46,281 nt of DNA, taken from contig NC_069001.1 of NCBI RefSeq assembly GCF_001194135.2, positions 14,120,141 to 14,166,421 of the forward strand, read 5' to 3'. Below are positions 24,610 through 36,935 of this stretch, piece by piece. The position numbers and the translations under genes were made by a program. The notes under the pieces were generated by a model. The model made no database searches. It saw only the letters and a program-made list of their open reading frames with translations, and was not told where the DNA came from. How positions within the stretch are numbered: the stretch's first letter is position 1; every line of letters starts with the position of its first letter. The DNA is from Octopus bimaculoides. Lineage: Eukaryota.

Positions 24610-25955
24610 TTGCAAATGTGTGGCCTTTCTTGGACCAGAGTTCAAATTCAACCTAAAACAGACTGTTTTCATTCTTTTTTGATGGTGGTGGTGGTTGGGG
24701 AATCGACAATATAATGTACCATTTATATACTGGGGGGGGGGGGGTCAGTATAACCAAGTATATACACCCCTGCCCAAAATTTGTGGCCTTGTGATTATGC
24801 TAGAAATTATTATTGCGGAATGCCGAGAACATCTGTTTCTATGTTCTGAGTTCAAATTCTACTGGGGTCGACTCTGCCTTTTATCCTCTCTGGGTTGATG
24901 AAATAAGTACCAGTTGAGTACTGGGTCGATATAATTGACTAGCCCCCTCCCCTAACAATTTCAGGCCTTTTGCTTATAATAGAAAGGATTATTATTATCA
25001 TTATTGGAGGCAGTAAATTAAAATTGTGCAGGATTGGTGGTGCATCAAACAAGACCACCTTGTGGTATTTGTTTTTGGCTCTTTATTTTCTTGAGTTCAA
25101 GTCTTGCCAAGGTCAACTTTGTCTTTCATCGCTCAGGGTTGGTGATGTGTGTGTGACAAATTGAAATACCAATCCAGTACTGAGATTATTATAAAGGATT
25201 CTTCTTCCACCCCTCATTTTTGGCCTTGCATCTATGTTAGAAAATTATTAAAGAATTAGTATTAGTATTATTAAGGCAGTGAATTGGTAGGATCTTTGGC
25301 ACCTGGGACTATGCTTAGCAGCATTTCTTCCAGTTCTCTATGTCCTGAGTTCAAATGCCGCCAAGGGTTGACTTTACCTTTCATCCTTTCGGGGTCAATG
25401 AAATAAAGTCCCAATTAAGTATTGGGACTGATATAATTGACTAACACCCTTCCCCTGTGAAGATTCTGGCCTTGTGCCAAAACTGGAAACCATTATTATC
25501 ATTATTAAGATGACGAGATAGCACATTGGATAAAATGCTTAACAACATTTCTTCTGACTTTAAAGATTCCGAGTTCAAATTTCACTGTGGTCAAATTTGC
25601 CATTTCTTCCTTTCGGGGTTGGGGGTCGATAAAAATTTAGTACCAGTCATCTACTAGAGTGGAGGTAATCAATGAATATCTTCTCTTCAGAAATTGTTGA
25701 CCTTATGCCAAAAGCAGAAACCATTCATGCTGGCTGAATCGTTAGCACACCAGGCAAAATGTTTAGTGGCATTTTGTCTGTCTTCATGTTCTGAGTTCAA
25801 ATCCTGTCGGGGGTCGACTTTGCCTTTAAACCTTTCAGGGTTGATAAAATAAGCACCATTTGAGCATTGGGGTCATTGTAATCGACTTATCCTCTCCTCA
25901 CAAATTTCAGGCCTTGTGCCTATAGTACAAAGGATTATTATTACTATTATTATTA
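24610..25955 (+). mobile_element. Head-to-tail array of about 6 SINE-C units of mixed age
   Basis: Repeated gagttcaaatt / ctttgcctttcatcc / ggccttgtgcc / (ATT)n modules. Confidence 0.85.
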
Positions 25956-26669
25956 CACTTGAAAGGTTTCACCCTCTTTAAGGAACACTAGCTTACTTTC
26001 ACTTTGTGGAAATCTTTAAATTTACTATTCACCAACAATGATTCTTGGAGTCTCTGAGAAAAATCTTATCAAGTTACTTGGATTTCTTTTCATTTTCCGT
26101 TTTTTCCTGGGCACTCCTTCCCTAGTTCTGTGAATGCTAGGCTTCAAATATTTACAAACCCTTTGTTTTCTTTGAGCTCCAAAGTAATTCTTGGATTCAG
26201 ATACAATCATATATTCTTCACCCTGCTCCATAGTTCATCACTAATTTCTCAGTTCTGCTATTTTCATTTTTTTTAANNNNNNNNNNNNNNNNNNNNNNNN
26301 NNNNNNNNNNNNNNNNNNNNNNNNNNNNNNNNNNNNNNNNNNNNNNNNNNNNNNNNNNNNNNNNNNNNNNNNNNNNNNNNNNNNNNNNNNNNNNNNNNNN
26401 NNNNNNNNNNNNNNNNNNNNNNNNNNNNNNNNNNNNNNNNGTTTTATGTTGTGTACTTGTGGGCTATTTTATTGTATGTGCATGGTTGTTTCATTTTAGC
26501 ACTATGTGTTGCACAATATCATAGCTACCAGAAGATCAGGGTGGTTGGGTGGGGTTTCTACAATACACCAAAATCTTTTTTCTTGAAGGAAGATGAATTC
26601 TTTTCATCAAAGGAGCAGTTACATGGTCACTAAAAATTGTTAGAAATAGCAGCTAAATTTCCCTCAAAG

Positions 26670-26713
<44 letters not shown>

Positions 26714-29165
26714 ATCTTTGTTTTTTTTATGCTATATTTTTTTTGTTAAGAAAAAATGGGGACATAAAACTGTGCTAGATATCATTAAAACAAATGAGGT
26801 GGTCACGACTGGGATGTCATTGTTGATAAGGTCTGTTGTGAAATGAAGGTTGACTTAGGCTTAATTAACAACAGCACTAACGAACCTGGAACTAATTCAA
26901 GCGTAGATACTTAATAGCCACTGCCCCACCCACTTCACTTTCTAAGCTGTTCATGGTGGTGGTGGTAGTGGAGGACTTCATTAACTATTGGGTCAGAGGT
27001 CAAATTTTAGGTTAGGATTTTTTTTTTTTTTGCCTTTTCTAATTTACTTCCCACATCCCCGATATCTGTCATCCCTTCTGAGTATATCTTCTCTGTTCTT
27101 GGTTAAAAGGTTCTATCATGATGCAAGAGTAGATGTGGAATGGTCTAGCCAAGAATATATACTGGTTGTATTATCACACATTACATACATATATATACAT
27201 ACATACACATACATATACATACATATATACATACATATACATACATACACATACATATACATACATACACATACATACATAGATACATACATACACATGC
27301 ATATTATGAATGTATACACATGTTTGTATATACAATCATGTGCATATATAGTTACTCACATGCACACTATATATGTGTTTGTATATATATATATCTATAT
27401 ATACATACATACACACACATTCATATACATGCACTATATGATGACATGAACATATATTGTTAAGTATTTAAGCAGAATTGTCTCAAGAACATCATCGTAG
27501 TTAGAACATTTCTTATAAATGCACTTAACAATCAATGTTTGAACACCCTCCTCCAATACCCATGTTGGTCAGGTACACACTTGTTGACCGAACAGCTAAT
27601 ATTTTCTTATGTTTTACAGATCGTTGAATGCGAAACTAAAATATGAAGCTGCTAGCTCTACATTTTATGACGATCAGAAATGTTGATTTCAGTTGCATTT
27701 ATAATTCTATAAATTTTTTTTTTTTTTTGCAAAGAAAAATATATATTATATTATTATTATTATTAATCCTTAAAAAAAAAAAAACTCTTTAGTGGAGTTT
27801 TGCTTGTAATCAATGTTAGTTTTAGAATATTTCTCCTTAATTGTGATTTTATGTCATTTTGGTCAAAAATTTACACCATATTCCATTAACGGTCGGNNNN
27901 NNNNNNNNNNNNNNNNNNNNNNNNNNNNNNNNNNNNNNNNNNNNNNNNNNNNNNNNNNNNNNNNNNNNNNNNNNNNNNNNNNNNNNNNNNNNNNNNNNNN
28001 NNNNNNNNNNNNNNNNNNNNNNNNNNNNNNNNNNNNNNNNNNNNNNNNNNNNNNNNNNNNNNNNNNNNNNNNNNNNNNNNNNNNNNNNNNNNNNNNNNNN
28101 NNNNNNNNNNNNNNNNNNNNNNNNNNNNNNNNNNNNNNNNNNNNNNNNNNNNNNNNNNNNNNNNNNNNNNNNNNNNNNNNNNNNNNNNNNNNNNNNNNNN
28201 NNNNNNNNNNNNNNNNNNNNNNNNNNNNNNNNNNNNNNNNNNNNNNNNNNNNNNNNNNNNNNNNNNNNNNNNNNNNNNNNNNNNNNNNNNNNNNNNNNNN
28301 NNNNNNNNNNNNNNNNNNNNNNNNNNNNNNNNNNNNNNNNNNNNNNNNNNNNNNNNNNNNNNNNNNNNNNNNNNNNNNNNNNNNNNNNNNNNNNNNNNNN
28401 NNNNNNNNNNNNNNNNNNNNNNNNNNNNNNNNNNNNNNNNNNNNNNNNNNNNNNNNNNNNNNNNNNNNNNNNNNNNNNNNNNNNNNNNNNNNNNNNNNNN
28501 NNNNNNNNNNNNNNNNNNNNNNNNNNNNNNNNNNNNNNNNNNNNNNNNNNNNNNNNNNNNNNNNNNNNNNNNNNNNNNNNNNNNNNNNNNNNNNNNNNNN
28601 NNNNNNNNNNNNNNNNNNNNNNNNNNNNNNNNNNNNNNNNNNNNNNNNNNNNNNNNNNNNNNNNNNNNNNNNNNNNNNNNNNNNNNNNNNNNNNNNNNNN
28701 NNNNNNNNNNNNNNNNNNNNNNNNNNNNNNNNNNNNNNNNNNNNNNNNNNNNNNNNNNNNNNNNNNNNNNNNNNNNNNNNNNNNNNNNNNNNNNNNNNNN
28801 NNNNAAAAAAAAAATGAAAACGAAAAGAAAATGAGTTATATATATTATATATATATATATATGTATATATATTTATATATATATATATATATATAGCAAG
28901 AAGAAGAAGAAAAGAAATGTTTTTTGTTATTATGTGTTCAAATGAAGACGAAAGAGGTGGTGAGGATTATGTGAAATGATGAAGAGGATGTTGTTTTTTT
29001 CCCCTTCAAATTTAGCTCTTGTATTTTTCTATATTAAAACCTTCAACTAATCACCGGAGTTGTTTTTATTGCTTCCTATTGTCTCTGTCTCTCTCTCTCT
29101 CACACACATATCTATACACAGACACATGTCTCTCTATACATGCATGTGTGTGTGTGTGTGTGTAG

Positions 29166-29377
29166 ACTCTTTACTCTTACTTGTTTCAGTCATTTGACTG
29201 TGGCCATGCTGGAGCACCGCCTTTAGTCGAGCAAATCGACCCCAGGACTTATTCTTTGGATGCCTCGTACTTATTCTATCGGTCTCTTTAGCCGAACTGC
29301 TAAGTTACTGGGACGTAAACGCACCACCATCGGTTGTCAAGCGATGTTGTAGGGGACAAACACAGACACAAACATAT

Positions 29378-29412
<35 letters not shown>

Positions 29413-29576
29413 CGACGGGCTTCTTTCAGTTTCCGTCTACTAAATCCATTCACAAGGCTTTGGTCAGCCCGAGGCTATAGTAGAAGACACTTGCCCAAGG
29501 TGCCACGCAGTGGGACTGAACCCAGAACCATGTGGTTGGTAAGCGAGCTACTTATCACACAGCCACTCCTGCGCCT
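29166..29576 (-). mobile_element. Full-length SINE-A
   Basis: Reverse complement of the 5726-6135 unit, including the internal microsatellite. Confidence 0.92.
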
Positions 29577-29580
29577 ATAT

Positions 29581-29711
29581 GTGTGTTCCTTTCAGTTGAA
29601 GAGCATAGCTCGAAACGTCAAAGACTTTCTCTATTCCCGAGCGTTAAACTAATACATCCATTTGTTGTTTACACCACCTGTCTTCGTCTTGTTTTTTTCG
29701 TAAATTCTCCC
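29581..29711 (+). mobile_element. Penelope-like terminal-repeat remnant carrying a hammerhead-like motif
   Basis: Homologous to 41287-41460 (-). Both copies end at ttttcgta(a/c)attctccc, followed by a TA/CA microsatellite. The Penelope assignment is inferred from the hammerhead-type architecture. Confidence 0.6.
29587..29622 (+). ncRNA. Minimal type-I hammerhead-ribozyme-like motif (core CAGUUGA, probably decayed)
   Basis: CTTT CAGTTGA A GAG-catag-CTC GAAA CG TC AAAG: stem I 4 bp, stem II 3 bp, palindromic ACGT stem III, GUC triplet. Confidence 0.45.
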
Positions 29712-29911
29712 ATACACACACACACACACATATAAATACATATATATATATAATTCATTTAAAATACAGTGTACATTTAAACACATCAGAGATGTCCGTA
29801 ATAGGACATCTAACCCGCTAGAAGGAGCAGTCAAAACTCCATACCACAATTAGGGATAATTTCGAAAGGGAATGAAAAATAAAAACATTTACCATCTATT
29901 TTCCATATATA

Positions 29912-30285
29912 TAAACAATATATGAGTATATGCATATATATATGTACATGTATGTACATACCTTCATCTACATGTACATATAGATACATATCTGGGTATA
30001 TGACGTTGCAAAAGAACATGGACAAAATGATAAACAAGGTGCAACAAACAAGCAGGCCACATAGAGAACATGTCCTTCATTAGCTGCCACCATTAAAACA
30101 CTGGCGTTTCAAAGAGTTAGGGCAGGACGCATCGTTAAAATGGCTCTTCCCACGAACACAAATTAAATTTTTTTCGTGGAGGATAGTGGCAGACGGAAAA
30201 CAAGACAGGAAAACGAAATGGTGAAATAAACAAACAAAATGGCTGTACAGCCAGACGTGGAGAAGTGTGTGTATATTGAATGCTG
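29912..30285 (-). repeat. Dispersed repeat G, copy 2
   Basis: Reverse complement is colinear with 6850-7225. Confidence 0.85.
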
Positions 30286-30613
30286 TGAAGCACGAACTGG
30301 AGAGGCGAAGCTTGGGAGACCAAGACTGAAAAGAAATAGCAACCAGACACACGTGACCAGCGAGGGGGAGGGAGAAGAAGGGGAAGAAGTAGAATATAAG
30401 TGAGAAACGAGAGGTAGAGAGAGAGAGAGAGATAGTAGTAGTGACGGTGAGAGGCGAAGGACGAGCAACGAGAGATAGAGATAGTAGTGACAGGGAGAGG
30501 CGAAGAACAGTAGAGGGAAGAATGAGAGGGGTAGATAGATATAGAAAGAGTCGCGTTAGAAAAATAGTTCAAACTTACTGTGTAAAGGTAACGTGTGCGT
30601 TCGATCGTGTGAT

Positions 30614-30765
30614 ACAAACAATATATGAGTATATGCATATGTATGTACATAGAGATACATATCTAGGTACATGACGTTGCAAAAGAATGATAAACAAAGT
30701 ACAAAAAACAAGCAGGCCACATAGAGAACATATCCTTCATCAGCTGCCGCCATTAAAACACCGGC
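30614..30765 (-). repeat. Dispersed repeat G, partial copy 3
   Basis: aaacaatatatgagtatatgcat...atgacgttgcaaaaga...gcaggccacatagagaaca..ccttcatcagctgcc, repeating 29912-30100. Confidence 0.85.
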
Positions 30766-31421
30766 ATATATATATATATACATGTATGTATATACATATA
30801 TACATACGCTTATATGTATATACATACAAACATTCTATAATTATAAGCAAAATTATAATTAGGGTTCGTTAATTTATCTCTTTACCTTTGTAAAATAAGA
30901 GTTTTGTTGTCTGGGAGATATCTTATGGCAGTGGAATAGTATTTAGCTGCTATTTCTAAATTTCGGTATGTGGTGAAGCAATTTTGCTGAACCCTAATTA
31001 TAATTATGCTTATAATTATAGAAGTTTTGTATAAGGTTACCGATAATGGTTCTTTTAACATACCGAACTACTTGGTAAAATTATTAATTAATTAATTAAC
31101 TTTACCCTTTATTATTATTACACACACACACACACACATATATATATTGATACACATATACACACACACACGCACATATATATACACACACAAATATATA
31201 CGCACACACACATACTCTTGTTTTAGTCATTTGACTGCAGCCATGCTGGTCGGTGTAAGACGATGCAGAGTTCACTCCCTTGTTAGACATCTACTTAATG
31301 CAGTTGTTTCCCCTTGAAACCGAAGTAATCTGTACAACAGAGATTTTAATCAGAGAACTTCAGCCAAATGAAACCAGTCTGATATCATATCACATGCTAT
31401 CATTTCAGAAAAAAACAGTAC

Positions 31422-31531
31422 GCCGCTGGCGTGGCTCTGTGGAAAGAAGTTTACTTCCCAGCCACATGGTTCCAGGTTCAGTCCCGCTGCATGGCGCCTT
31501 GGGCATGTACTTTCCACTATAGCCTCGGGCC
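31422..31531 (+). mobile_element. SINE-A 5' head interrupted by SINE-B
   Basis: ggcgtggctctgtggaaagaag...ccacatggttccaggttcagtccc...actatagcctcgggcc, followed immediately by gtggaggcgcaatgg. Confidence 0.85.
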
Positions 31532-31882
31532 GTGGAGGCGCAATGGCCCAGTGGTTAGGGCAGCGGACTCGCGGTCATAGGATCGCGGTTTCGATTCCCA
31601 GACCGGGCGTTGTGAGTGTTTATTGAGCGAAAACACCTAAAGCTCCACGAGGCTCCGGCAGGGGATGGTGGCGAACCCTGCTGTACTCTTTTACCACATC
31701 TTTCTCTCGCACTTACTTCCTGTTTCTGTTGTGCCTGTATTTGAAAGGGCCAGCCTTGTCACACTCTGTGTCACGCTGAATATCCCCGAGAACTACGTTA
31801 AGGGTACATGTGTGTGTGGAGTGCTCAGCCACTTGCACGTTAATTTCACGAGCAGGCTGTTCCGTTGATCGGATCAACTGGA
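31532..31882 (+). mobile_element. SINE-B, 3' end lost in a gap
   Basis: Near-identical to 23519-23902. Confidence 0.92.
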
Positions 31883-32226
31883 NNNNNNNNNNNNNNNNNN
31901 NNNNNNNNNNNNNNNNNNNNNNNNNNNNNNNNNNNNNNNNNNNNNNNNNNNNNNNNNNNNNNNNNNNNNNNNNNNNNNNNNNNNNNNNNNNNNNNNNNNN
32001 NNNNNNNNNNNNNNNNNNNNNNNNNNNNNNNNNNNNNNNNNNNNNNNNNNNNNNNNNNNNNNNNNNNNNNNNNNNNNNNNNNNNNNNNNNNNNNNNNNNN
32101 NNNNNNNNNNNNNNNNNNNNNNNNNNNNNNNNNNNNNNNNNNNNNNNNNNNNNNNNNNNNNNNNNNNNNNNNNNNNNNNNNNNNNNNNNNNNNNNNNNNN
32201 NNNNNNNNNNNNNNNNNNNNNNNNNN

Positions 32227-32684
32227 GGGTACACTAGGCACATGCCTCACAACCATATGTGCGTGACATGGTGATCTCATATCAAGATAAACAGCGCATG
32301 ACCTCGCAGGTGGGGCCCAGTTAGAATTTTCTTCAAGTCGAGTAGCCCATCTCACTGAAGCGGTCCCTGAATAAAGGTTGTTTAAGGATGTTGAACAAAA
32401 CATCCATGTTTCCAAAGGTGAATTATCCAAACCCCAAAGAATTCCTCTCAATACATGGCTATGATGCTCCTCCACTACTTCTGCTCATGATCAGAGATGC
32501 ACATATCGTCAGCCACCAAGGGACATGCTCAACTGGTTAAGGTCAAACAACTGACTAGCAAATCTGTGGTATTAAGTAGAATATTTGTTGTCGCCCATCT
32601 TTTATACAAAGACGAAACAATGTACATGATAACACTTCCAATCAATTAAGACCAGAAGCCATGAGAGCCACTGCCTGGTACTGC

Positions 32685-32686
<2 letters not shown>
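32227..32686. repeat. Unclassified dispersed repeat E, copy 1 (one end in a gap)
   Basis: Colinear with 44758-45296 over about 450 bp, e.g. gatcagagatgcacatatcgtcagccac..agggacatgc and tgtacatgataacacttccaatca. Confidence 0.88.
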
Positions 32687-32714
<28 letters not shown>

Positions 32715-32715
<1 letters not shown>

Positions 32716-32905
32716 TGTGTGTGCGTTTGCTTCCCTTCTTGATAACCGGTGTTGGTGAGTGTACGTCTCCATAACTTAGCGATTTGGCATAAGAGACCGA
32801 TAGAAGAATTACTAAGTTTAAAACAATAAGTACAGTGGGTCGATTCGCTCGACTAAAATTCTTCAAGGCGGTGCCCCAGCATGGCCGCAGTCTAACGACG
32901 GAGAC
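32715..32905 (+). mobile_element. SINE-A 3' half
   Basis: accggtgttgg...cgtctccataacttagcga..tggc..aagagaccgataga...gtcgattcgctcgactaaa...ggcggtgccccagcatggccgcagtc. Confidence 0.8.
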
Positions 32906-33639
32906 ATTAAAGTTATCTATAAACAAAAATTGATCAATATGCTGTACTGGGTAGTGGGATTGGATCTTATAGTGCGTAGTCACAACAAAATAGTCATCAT
33001 GCTTAGAATAATGTCTCAACAATAAATAAGATAATTTTGATGACAGGTCTGCTTAACCAGACCTTACCTGGGGCTAAACGACGGCCACCACATATTTATA
33101 AAGTTTTCATTGTCACGGCGTTGTACTCACTCAGTGGTACCTACTGTAATTGAAATGGACCGAGACATTTGTAGGTTAAATTTCCTGATTATAAGACAAA
33201 TAACAATGAGATAGTTGCAAAAGATCAATTACCGGAGATTTTGCTATCTGAAATCGTTACCGTCTGAAATAGATTTCAAGGGAAGTAACTCTACACTTTT
33301 TGTGAAGAGTTAATTCCCTTGAGCATAGGTGTTGACTTTCGTTTACAGTTTATCATCCAAGTAGTATTCGATTTGTTTCTCTATAGTTTTAGTTAAAGAG
33401 GGTGGGGGAGGAGGAAGGGGGGATCTTGTGATGTTCATTAATGCCCTAAAACTATTGTGGGAGGGGTGAAATAAATTTCGCTTGTTTCTTCGGGCACTGA
33501 AATCGATTCACAGAAACAGCCAGACAGAAATTCGCCAAATCTATCCATCTAGTTCGTGACATCGCTACAAAATTTTATTTCCTTTCTCTTGTGTGGCGAT
33601 CGAGTAGTTTGGCGTAGCCGACAACTAACTCAAGAGGGA

Positions 33640-33767
33640 GCAGGTTCGAATTTCGTCGCAGCGCAGCGCAGCGCCTTTGACAAGTGTCTTCTGCTATAAC
33701 CCCGTACAGAACAATGCCTTGTGAGTGAATTTAAACGACGGAAACTGGGTGTATGCATACATATATA

Positions 33768-33780
<13 letters not shown>
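33640..33780 (+). mobile_element. Short SINE-A variant
   Basis: cctttgacaagtgtcttct...ccgtacaga...ttgtgagtgaattta.acgacggaaactgggtgtatgcatac, then (CA)n. Twin copy at 37513-37700. Confidence 0.7.
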
Positions 33781-33811
<31 letters not shown>

Positions 33812-33949
33812 CATAAAAGCCACAGATCAGAGCAGTTCAGTATCATGCATTCTCTCCGGCGGCCACAGGTCTGAGCTGAAACTACAAAAAGAAAAAAATA
33901 AAATTCTAGTTCTTCGTATCGTAACAATTTTTCTCGTCTGACCGTAAAG

Positions 33950-34258
33950 CCTTTTCTGTTTGTTTTCCTGTCTTGTTTTTTGTCCGCAACAACATTCCTC
34001 CATGGCAGGATTTAATTTGTGTATACAAATTTAATTTGCGGTCCATGGGAAGAGCTGTTTTAACGTTGCGTCCTGCCTAGCTCTTCGAAACGCCGGTGTT
34101 AAATCGGAGGTAGCTGATGAAGTAGAATGTTCTCTATGTGGCTTGTGTGTTTTCTCGTCTCTGTTTTGTTTGCAATGTCCTGTACTCAGATATGCACCTA
34201 TACATACAGGTGGATGTCGGTATGCACATACCTGTACGTATATATGCATATACTCATT
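33950..34258 (+). repeat. Dispersed repeat G, copy 4
   Basis: Colinear with 6920-7210. Confidence 0.82.
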
Positions 34259-34428
34259 TACCATTTATTTATATATATATATATATATATTTTTTTTTTT
34301 ACCTATGCCTGCTCTATTTAGTGTGTGTGTGGGGGGGTTTCATACAGTATTGGTGGATCTCCATCATTGAACGATGGGGTTTCAGTTATTCAATCAACTG
34401 AATTATCTACTCCCGAATTACCATATAT

Positions 34429-34520
34429 AAGTGGCTGAATACTCCACAGACACGTGTACCTTCAATGTCCTCCTCCAGTAGAGTCAGCGTGACACAATGC
34501 GTGACAAGGATGTGCCGTCG
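34429..34520 (-). mobile_element. Old SINE-B internal fragment
   Basis: gtggctgaatactccacagacacgtgtacc...gtgacaagg...gaattacagg matches 36618-36705. Confidence 0.65.
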
Positions 34521-34821
34521 GAATTACAGGTACAATCCATGCGGCACGACTCTACAAAGTTTCTTTCAATCTAATTTCACTCACATGTCGACTTGAAGCA
34601 ATGCAAAATGAAAATTGCTCAAGATGTGACCCGGATGGCGCAAACTCAAGACCTCGTAGCTGCGAAGCGAGTTTCTTAACCGTTCAGCCATACTGCATAT
34701 GTTTTTACACAGTGGTCTATGATATACAGAGTGTTCATAAATTGCCACTACAATTTGAAATACTCAGACAAAAAACAAAACGGAAAATAAGGACAATTCA
34801 GCAGAGTTTATTGGCAAACAT

Positions 34822-35007
34822 AGGCGCAGGTATGGCTCTAGGCGCGGCTGTGTGGTAAGAAGCTTGCTTCTTATCATTGAACCCAACCACGTGCTTCTGG
34901 GTTCAGTCCCACTGCGTGGAACCTTGGGCTAGTGACTTCTACTCTAGCCCCGGGCCGACGAAAGCTTTGTGAGTGGATTTGGTTGACGGAAACTGAAAGA
35001 AGCCCAT

Positions 35008-35106
<99 letters not shown>

Positions 35107-35299
35107 ACGTGCCCTTGTGTATGTGAATGTCCCCCCACCCATCATCTTCGTAATTTAGCAGTTCGGCAAAACAGACCGATAGAATAAGTACTAGGCTTTA
35201 AAAAAATAAGTCCTGGGGGCGATTTGATCTACTAGAAACCCTTTCAAGGTGGTGTTCCAGCATGGTCACAGTCAAATAAGTGAAACAAGTAAAAGAATA
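34822..35299 (+). mobile_element. Full-length SINE-A with an expanded internal (TA)(TG) tract
   Basis: Head ggcgcggctgtgtggtaagaagcttgctt, internal repeat of about 97 bp at 35009-35105, tail gtcaaataagtgaaacaagtaaaagaataa. Confidence 0.88.
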
Positions 35300-35929
35300 A
35301 ACAAATACAGTTTTGTTAGAAACATCAGCAAACCTTAATAACACTTCACATGCAAAGAAGTTGACTGATGGACCTCAGCTTAAGTACATACAATAAATTG
35401 TGGAAGTTGTAAAGATAAGTTATGACCACCCCGTAAAAAAGATTCAGCTTCTGTTTCTTGCACATTGGCCGACCACGGTGCGGCTAACTCGTTGGCTACT
35501 CTACTGGTCCCATGGCCAAGACGTAACCCACAACGGTTTGGTTTACTCGATCTAAGCAGGCTCTACAGGTTTGAATAGTTTAACGTAGCAAACACAGGTA
35601 GTAGCGTAAATTGATTACCGGAGTAAAAATGTTCTCTACATCCAGAGTTCAAATCCCGCCGGATTCAAAACTGACTTTTATTCTTTCATTGTTGATAAAT
35701 TAAATTACCAATAGGCGACCGACTGGCCGAGTGGTAAGATTAGCTTTATGCTAATCTTTCCGGTTCTTTTATGTTCTGAGTTCAAATCCTTCTGAGGTCA
35801 ACTTTCCTTTTCATTTTTTCGGTGTCTTAAATAAAGTACGAATCCTCCATTAAAGTTGCCTTTTCTGTTTTTTCTGGGAGAAATCAATGGTGGTGTTTAT
35901 TACGGTGACGTCGTCCTTCTCTACCGATT

Positions 35930-36935
35930 GATGTCCTCCGCATCCTAATTCGCGCGGGATATCTCGCAGGGTCTCTAGTTTCCGTAATAGAGGGTCTAGA
36001 GTCAGTATATAAAAAGGAGATGCGAGGGGACAATCTTGCGGAGATACTGATACTGAATTGTTCTGATTTGTGGCTATTTACTCTAATCATCAAGTAGATG
36101 TCGGTGACCCAACCTACCTAGACCAGGTCGAAACCGGCTGCTGTGAGGACAGCAGCCACGTACTGATGGCCAACTGAAGGTTTTCGATTGATATAAGTTC
36201 ACTAGAACCTCACTCATACCAGCTTCCTCACCCCCGTCCTTTCTATGATGTATGGTATGATGCGGAGAACGTCGTGAATGGACCTGTTTGGGATGTTGCA
36301 TATTTGTACAACACCAGTCAAACTACTGATGACAAGCGTCAACCTTTTCGCTACTATTTTGGTCAAAATCTTGAAAACTGCGAATAGCAGAGTTATAGGA
36401 ACGAAAACTCTCAATGTATTCTCTATATTCGGTTCCTTTCACAGCAAAGCCACCCTTCTTCGGCTCACAGAACTGGCAGGTTCTCCCGTTTTGCTACAAG
36501 TTGCAGTAAATATATGTCAAGGGTGACCTATTGTTGTTGGCACTCTGTCGCTTACGACGTCGAGGGTTCCAGTTGATCCGATCAACGGAACAGCCTGCTC
36601 GTGAGATTAACGTGCAAGTGGCTGAGCACTCCACAGACACGTGTACCCTTAACGTAGTTCTCGGGGATATTCAGTGTGACAAGGCTGACCCTTTGAATTA
36701 CAGGCACAACAGAAACAGGAAGTAAGAGTGAGAGAAAGTTGTGGTGAAAGAGTACAGCAGGGTTCACCATCATTCCCTGCCGGAGCCTCGTGGAGCTTTA
36801 GGTGTTTTCGTTCAATAAACACTCACAACGCCCGGTCTGGGAATCGAAACCGCGATCCTATGACCGCGAGTCCGCTGCCCTAACCACTGGGCCATTGCGC
36901 CTCCACGGGTGACCTATACCGATAAAATATATAAC
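35930..36935 (-). mobile_element. Degenerate Tx1/L1-clade LINE reverse-transcriptase fragment, with SINE-B inserted
   Basis: Minus strand reads YCN..QNGR, PITLL..VFKILTKIVAKRL...QIC.IPNRSIHD.L..I.YIIER, LVNLYQSK (LDQSKAFD-like) and IRVN. These correspond to RT subdomains 1-3. Confidence 0.75.
36532..36906 (-). mobile_element. Full-length SINE-B with an 11-bp TSD
   Basis: Reverse complement of SINE-B. TSD gggtgacctat at 36521-36531 and 36907-36917. Confidence 0.95.
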
